The notes beneath the pieces are model-generated. The model was not told the DNA's origin. It searched no databases and worked only from the letters and a program-made list of their open reading frames with translations. The position numbers and the translations under genes were made by a program. Below, piece after piece: positions 48,868-52,636 of a DNA stretch of 52,636 bases (the first letter of the stretch is position 1; every line of letters begins with the position of its first letter). This DNA is from a virus. Its lineage: Duplodnaviria > Caudoviricetes. Location: IMG/VR virus record IMGVR_UViG_3300008219_003648, positions 1 to 52,636 of that record. One strand, given 5' to 3'.

Positions 48868-49472
48868 ATGAATTAAAATTGATCAGCCCACAACTTATGG
48901 TAAATTCAAATATTGCTCTTGTGGCTTCTAGCTCTAATTTACTTGAAAGGGAATATGGTAAAACTATAGATAGCTTTGACGAAGTAGTTAGATTTAACAG
49001 AGCCCCCACTAAGGGGTATGAAAAGTACGTGGGGTCTAAAACTACTATTCGTATAGCTAATAATCATGTATTTGGAAATGTTCTTCATAGCGGATGGGAC
49101 ACAGACGCTCAGCCTACCTTTTTTATTAAAGAACAAAAAAATATCAACATTGTTCACTTAGGGCCAGAAGCAGTTCATTGGGGAGACAGAAGCCAACATA
49201 TAGATCCGTCTTCTCGGGCATTTTTAGTTGACTGTAATGCCATCCAGCGAGATATATTTTCCTTAACCAACGAAAGGCCAAGTGCTGGCTTTGGGTTTTT
49301 ATTCATATGTCTTATCAGTGATTTACATCCACACATCTTTGGATATGGGTTTGGGGAAGAGGGGTGTCCCCATTATTACGAAAAAAATTCTATTAGTAGC
49401 CATCAATTTGTTAAAGAAAGAGAAGTAATGAAAATTTGGATACAGAAAGGATATGTAACTGCGCATCTATGA
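48864..49472 (+). CDS. GT29 sialyltransferase-like protein
   Basis: Sialylmotif L (IALVASS..L...YGKTIDSFDEVVRFNRAPTKGYEKYVGSKTT), S (PSAG...IFGYGF), III (HYYE), VS (HQFVKE). Confidence 0.9.
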   Translation: MNELKLISPQLMVNSNIALVASSSNLLEREYGKTIDSFDEVVRFNRAPTKGYEKYVGSKTTIRIANNHVFGNVLHSGWDTDAQPTFFIKEQKNINIVHLGPEAVHWGDRSQHIDPSSRAFLVDCNAIQRDIFSLTNERPSAGFGFLFICLISDLHPHIFGYGFGEEGCPHYYEKNSISSHQFVKEREVMKIWIQKGYVTAHL

Positions 49473-50107
49473 TATACTATATAATACCAGCGAGAAAAGG
49501 ATCTAAAGGGCTCCCTTTTAAAAACAGAAAACTGTTTCATTTTACCGCTGACACTATACCTAGCAATTTAAGTAGTGCCACTATAGTATCTACTGATGAT
49601 GATTATATTTCTAATTTGGCTTCAGGGTATGGATTTAAGTCACACAACAGAAGCCCACATGTGTCTATGGATACTACAAACACACGAGAGCTTTTAAGAG
49701 AGGTAGCTCGTGATCAGAATATGCACACAGATGATGAAATTGTAATGATGTATCTTACATATCCCCAAAGAACATTTTCAGATGTAGAAAAAATATACCA
49801 ATTTTACAAAAACAATAATGGAAACACACTGTTGTGTAAACAAGAGGCCACCACTCATCCATATATGTGTTATTATGAACTATCGAACCATAAAGGAAAA
49901 AGAGTTATTGATCACGATTTATACCGAAGGCAGGATTATCCTGATTGTTTTTTTGTTAGTTACTTTGTGGTCATTCTAAAGGTTGAATATTTACAAGTGG
50001 TCAATAAAAATCTACATCATCCACAAACATTGTTTTATCAACTAGACTACAATAGTATTGATATTGACACAATACAAGATCTTGATAACTTTGCTAAAAG
50101 GGATTAA
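49469..50107 (+). CDS. neuA: CMP-nonulosonate (CMP-sialic acid) synthetase
   Basis: IIPARKGSKGLPFKN, VSTDD, TYPQR, RRQD, SIDIDT. Confidence 0.9.
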   Translation: MIYYIIPARKGSKGLPFKNRKLFHFTADTIPSNLSSATIVSTDDDYISNLASGYGFKSHNRSPHVSMDTTNTRELLREVARDQNMHTDDEIVMMYLTYPQRTFSDVEKIYQFYKNNNGNTLLCKQEATTHPYMCYYELSNHKGKRVIDHDLYRRQDYPDCFFVSYFVVILKVEYLQVVNKNLHHPQTLFYQLDYNSIDIDTIQDLDNFAKRD

Positions 50108-50108
50108 T

Positions 50109-51581
50109 ATGTTTTATATACTCGAAATGGCTAATAATCATATGGGCAACGTAGCGCATGGAAAGTTGATTATAGATCAATTTGCTGATATATGTTCCGA
50201 GTATAATATTAATGCTTCGATTAAATTTCAATTTAGACAGCTAGATACCTTTATCCACAAGGATTTTATAGACTCAAATCTCAAATATGTAAAAAGGTTT
50301 AAAGAAACAAGGCTATCTAAAGAACAGTTTGGGGAACTAATACAATATACCCTGTCTAAGGGATTAAAAACTTGTTGCACCGCATTCGACAATGAGTCAA
50401 TAGCTTGGTTAAAGGAGTTAGATATATCTGTGATCAAAGTTGCAAGCTGTTCAGTAGATGATTGGCCGTTACTTAAACAAATTAGTGATATCAGTAAGAG
50501 GGTTATCATTTCAACAGCTGCTGCCGATATGGGCACTCTTCATAAAGTGTATGATTTATTCAAATCTAAATGTCGTGACTTTGCATTTATGCACTGCGTT
50601 GCAGACTATCCCACACCACATGATAGGTCAAATTTAGAAAGAATCAAAATACTACAGCAAGAATTTCCAGATATTGAGATAGGCTATTCTACACATGAGC
50701 CTCCTAATGCTAAGACTACAAGTATATATTCGATAGCCATGGGTTGTACTATTTTAGAAAAGCATATAGGCGTTCCAACAGACAATATAAGCCTCAATAC
50801 ATACTCATTGTCTCCCCTTCATTTTAAACTATTGCTTGACGAAATAGAATATTTTCAAAAATCTTATTCTGGACAATCGGAAATACAAAAGGAAGCCCTT
50901 AGGGCATTAAAAAGGGGGGTGTACTTTTCTAAAGATATGCTAAAAGGTGCCCAGATTTTAGAAGAAAATATTTATTTCTGTATGCCCGTACAGCAGCTAG
51001 AAAATGATTTTCATTTTGATGCCTCAGGTGTGGACGACATCATTGGAAAAATCATTAGACAAAACGTAACAAAAAATTCCACCGTCAAGCTGTCCGATAT
51101 ATCTAAGGACGCCGAAGAAGATTCTCTTGAATTAATAAGATCAAAAATTGCTACAATTCTACAAATGGCAAATATTCCATACGGCGACGAAGAGTTAGAG
51201 ATATCCTGTCATTTTGGATTGGATAATTTTGAACAAACAGGCTGTAGTATTATAAATAGGATTAATAGAGAGTATTGTAAAAAACTCATTATTGTTCTTC
51301 CCGGTCAATCCCACCCAACCCACAAACACATTCAAAAGGAAGAATGTTTTGAGCTTTTGTATGGAGACTGCGCAGTTCAACTAGGAGGTGAAACTATATC
51401 ATTACAAAAAGGTAAGCCCTTATTGGTCCCAAGGGGGATTGGTCATTCCTTCAAAAGTAATCATGGCTGTGTAGTAGAAGAGATTTCCACTACTCACATT
51501 AAGGGTGATTCTATATATGATGATCCCACCATCAATCAATTACCTTTAGATAAACGAAAGATATTTACGGTATTCAAATAA
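50109..51581 (+). CDS. neuB: Nonulosonate synthase NeuB/SpsE fused to SAF and a D-lyxose-isomerase-like cupin
   Basis: EMANNHMG, KFQ, IKVAS, HCVADYP, GYSTHE, LEKH; C-terminal INREYCKKL...PTHKH..KEECF...HSF...EEIST. Confidence 0.9.
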   Translation: MFYILEMANNHMGNVAHGKLIIDQFADICSEYNINASIKFQFRQLDTFIHKDFIDSNLKYVKRFKETRLSKEQFGELIQYTLSKGLKTCCTAFDNESIAWLKELDISVIKVASCSVDDWPLLKQISDISKRVIISTAAADMGTLHKVYDLFKSKCRDFAFMHCVADYPTPHDRSNLERIKILQQEFPDIEIGYSTHEPPNAKTTSIYSIAMGCTILEKHIGVPTDNISLNTYSLSPLHFKLLLDEIEYFQKSYSGQSEIQKEALRALKRGVYFSKDMLKGAQILEENIYFCMPVQQLENDFHFDASGVDDIIGKIIRQNVTKNSTVKLSDISKDAEEDSLELIRSKIATILQMANIPYGDEELEISCHFGLDNFEQTGCSIINRINREYCKKLIIVLPGQSHPTHKHIQKEECFELLYGDCAVQLGGETISLQKGKPLLVPRGIGHSFKSNHGCVVEEISTTHIKGDSIYDDPTINQLPLDKRKIFTVFK

Positions 51582-52633
51582 TGGCACATATATTTAAACA
51601 TCCATCAGACAACCAACACGGTATTGTAGTTATATCTCACCAAGAAGCCTATAGAGGTATAGATCAATACGGAGATATAATTGATCAAATCAAAAATAAA
51701 AGATATTTCATCGGAGTACATTATGGGGGTTTTTCTAATGGGGCACCTTATCCAGATTTCGCAGACTTCTTTATGGGAAGACGGTCTGTTACAGATATAT
51801 CTAACAGGTATCCTCACGCATTTGAAATACCAATAGTAAGCTCAAACTTTACTTCAACTGTATTTAAGAAGGACCCAGCAGTAAAAAAATACTGGGACAT
51901 TATTAACGTTTCAAGAGCGGGTAATGTAAAAAGGCTCGACATTTTTTTTGAGCAGATAAAGCACATATATAACCAAGGGCACCCATACAAGGTGCTCCTG
52001 ATTTGCCCCAAGAGGCATGAAGAGACCCCGCAAGATCATTTTATTAATATTGAAGATGTCTATTATAATATGTTTACAAAAGACGAAAGGCAGTTATTTA
52101 CATTAATGCGGTTGGACGAAAACCTTGAATTCAAGGGGCTAAGCAAAACACAGCTGTCTTATTTCTATCAAGCTTCTAAGGTGTCTACCTTGTTTTCCAT
52201 GTGTGAAGGGAGTCCCGGTGTTATTGGAGAGTCTTTACTGTGTCAAGTTCCTGTAGTGGTACATGGGTCACAAATGGGAAGCGGTAGGGATTTTTGCAAC
52301 GATCACAATTCAGTTTATTGGCATCAAGACCACTTAGCTCATCAGGCGCTCATTAATGCCGTTGAGAATTATGACAAATTTGTGTTCGATATGGGTGTTA
52401 TAAGTGATAACTATAGAGAAGATTATGGGCTTACAAAATTAAAGGATTATTTTTCCGCCCTGTATCAAAAACATGGGCAAACATTTGATGGAGAGCTAAT
52501 TAATACAGACGATCTTGTTAGTCGGCTTCCCTCTCATTATACAGATTTACCTTGGGTTGATACAAGATTATATAACGGGCACATGGTAACACGGGAACAG
52601 TTTGAAACATTTGCGCGAGAGGCAGTAGCATGA
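51581..52633 (+). CDS. GT-B (GT4-like) glycosyltransferase
   Basis: VSR...KR, FSMCEGSPGVIGESLLCQVPV (E-x7-E). Confidence 0.75.
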   Translation: MAHIFKHPSDNQHGIVVISHQEAYRGIDQYGDIIDQIKNKRYFIGVHYGGFSNGAPYPDFADFFMGRRSVTDISNRYPHAFEIPIVSSNFTSTVFKKDPAVKKYWDIINVSRAGNVKRLDIFFEQIKHIYNQGHPYKVLLICPKRHEETPQDHFINIEDVYYNMFTKDERQLFTLMRLDENLEFKGLSKTQLSYFYQASKVSTLFSMCEGSPGVIGESLLCQVPVVVHGSQMGSGRDFCNDHNSVYWHQDHLAHQALINAVENYDKFVFDMGVISDNYREDYGLTKLKDYFSALYQKHGQTFDGELINTDDLVSRLPSHYTDLPWVDTRLYNGHMVTREQFETFAREAVA

Positions 52634-52636
52634 ACA

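Noticed and set aside
2743-52011. All minus-strand ORFs and short nested plus-strand ORFs in the track (e.g. 12013-12537, 23693-24271)
   Set aside because: They are shadows of well-supported plus-strand genes, with no recognisable motifs.
34829-52633. Ordinary bacterial O-antigen/capsule locus
   Set aside because: No flippase, polymerase, exporter or initiating transferase, and it is directly coupled to phage-type replication genes; not fully excluded without flanking sequence.
1-52636. Alternative genetic code (stop-codon reassignment)
   Set aside because: Coding density is high under the standard code, and TAA, TAG and TGA all end genes at positions coupled to the next start.
1-52636. tRNA, rRNA, riboswitch, IS or integrase
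   Set aside because: Intergenic gaps are under about 90 nt and none showed such structure by eye; a covariance-model scan was not run.

Overview
AT-rich, gene-dense window. Essentially all credible genes lie on the + strand with overlapping or abutting stop/start codons. Gene content is best explained as a segment of a large dsDNA bacteriophage genome: PhoH, T4 gp1-like dNMP kinase, dUTPase, class II RNR, a small sigma factor, RecA, DnaB, DnaG, SSB, holin-like and tail-tube-like genes, and many orphans. No capsid or terminase gene is in view, so phage identity is an inference. Layout: (1-6.9 kb) acyl-CoA dehydrogenase with glycosyltransferase, radical SAM and cytidylyltransferase genes; (6.8-9.1 kb) papain-like protease plus four membrane proteins, ending at a hairpin/U-tract that overlaps a perfect sigma70 promoter; (9.1-20.8 kb) sigma factor, putative virion genes, nrdJ, archaeal-type alanine dehydrogenase/ornithine cyclodeaminase, dut, phoH; (20.8-34.8 kb) recombination/replication block; (34.8-52.6 kb) about 20 apparently soluble glycan genes ending in a GT29 sialyltransferase-NeuA-NeuB(+cupin) cassette. 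The strongest candidate for an undescribed system is a DnaE polymerase split without inteins at the palm/fingers junction, with a DnaQ-like proofreading exonuclease and a small orphan gene between the halves. The second is a phage-encoded nonulosonic (sialic/KDN-like) acid glycosylation pathway. All protein calls are from motif recognition by eye; no searches were run. No tRNA, rRNA, CRISPR array or IS element was recognised.
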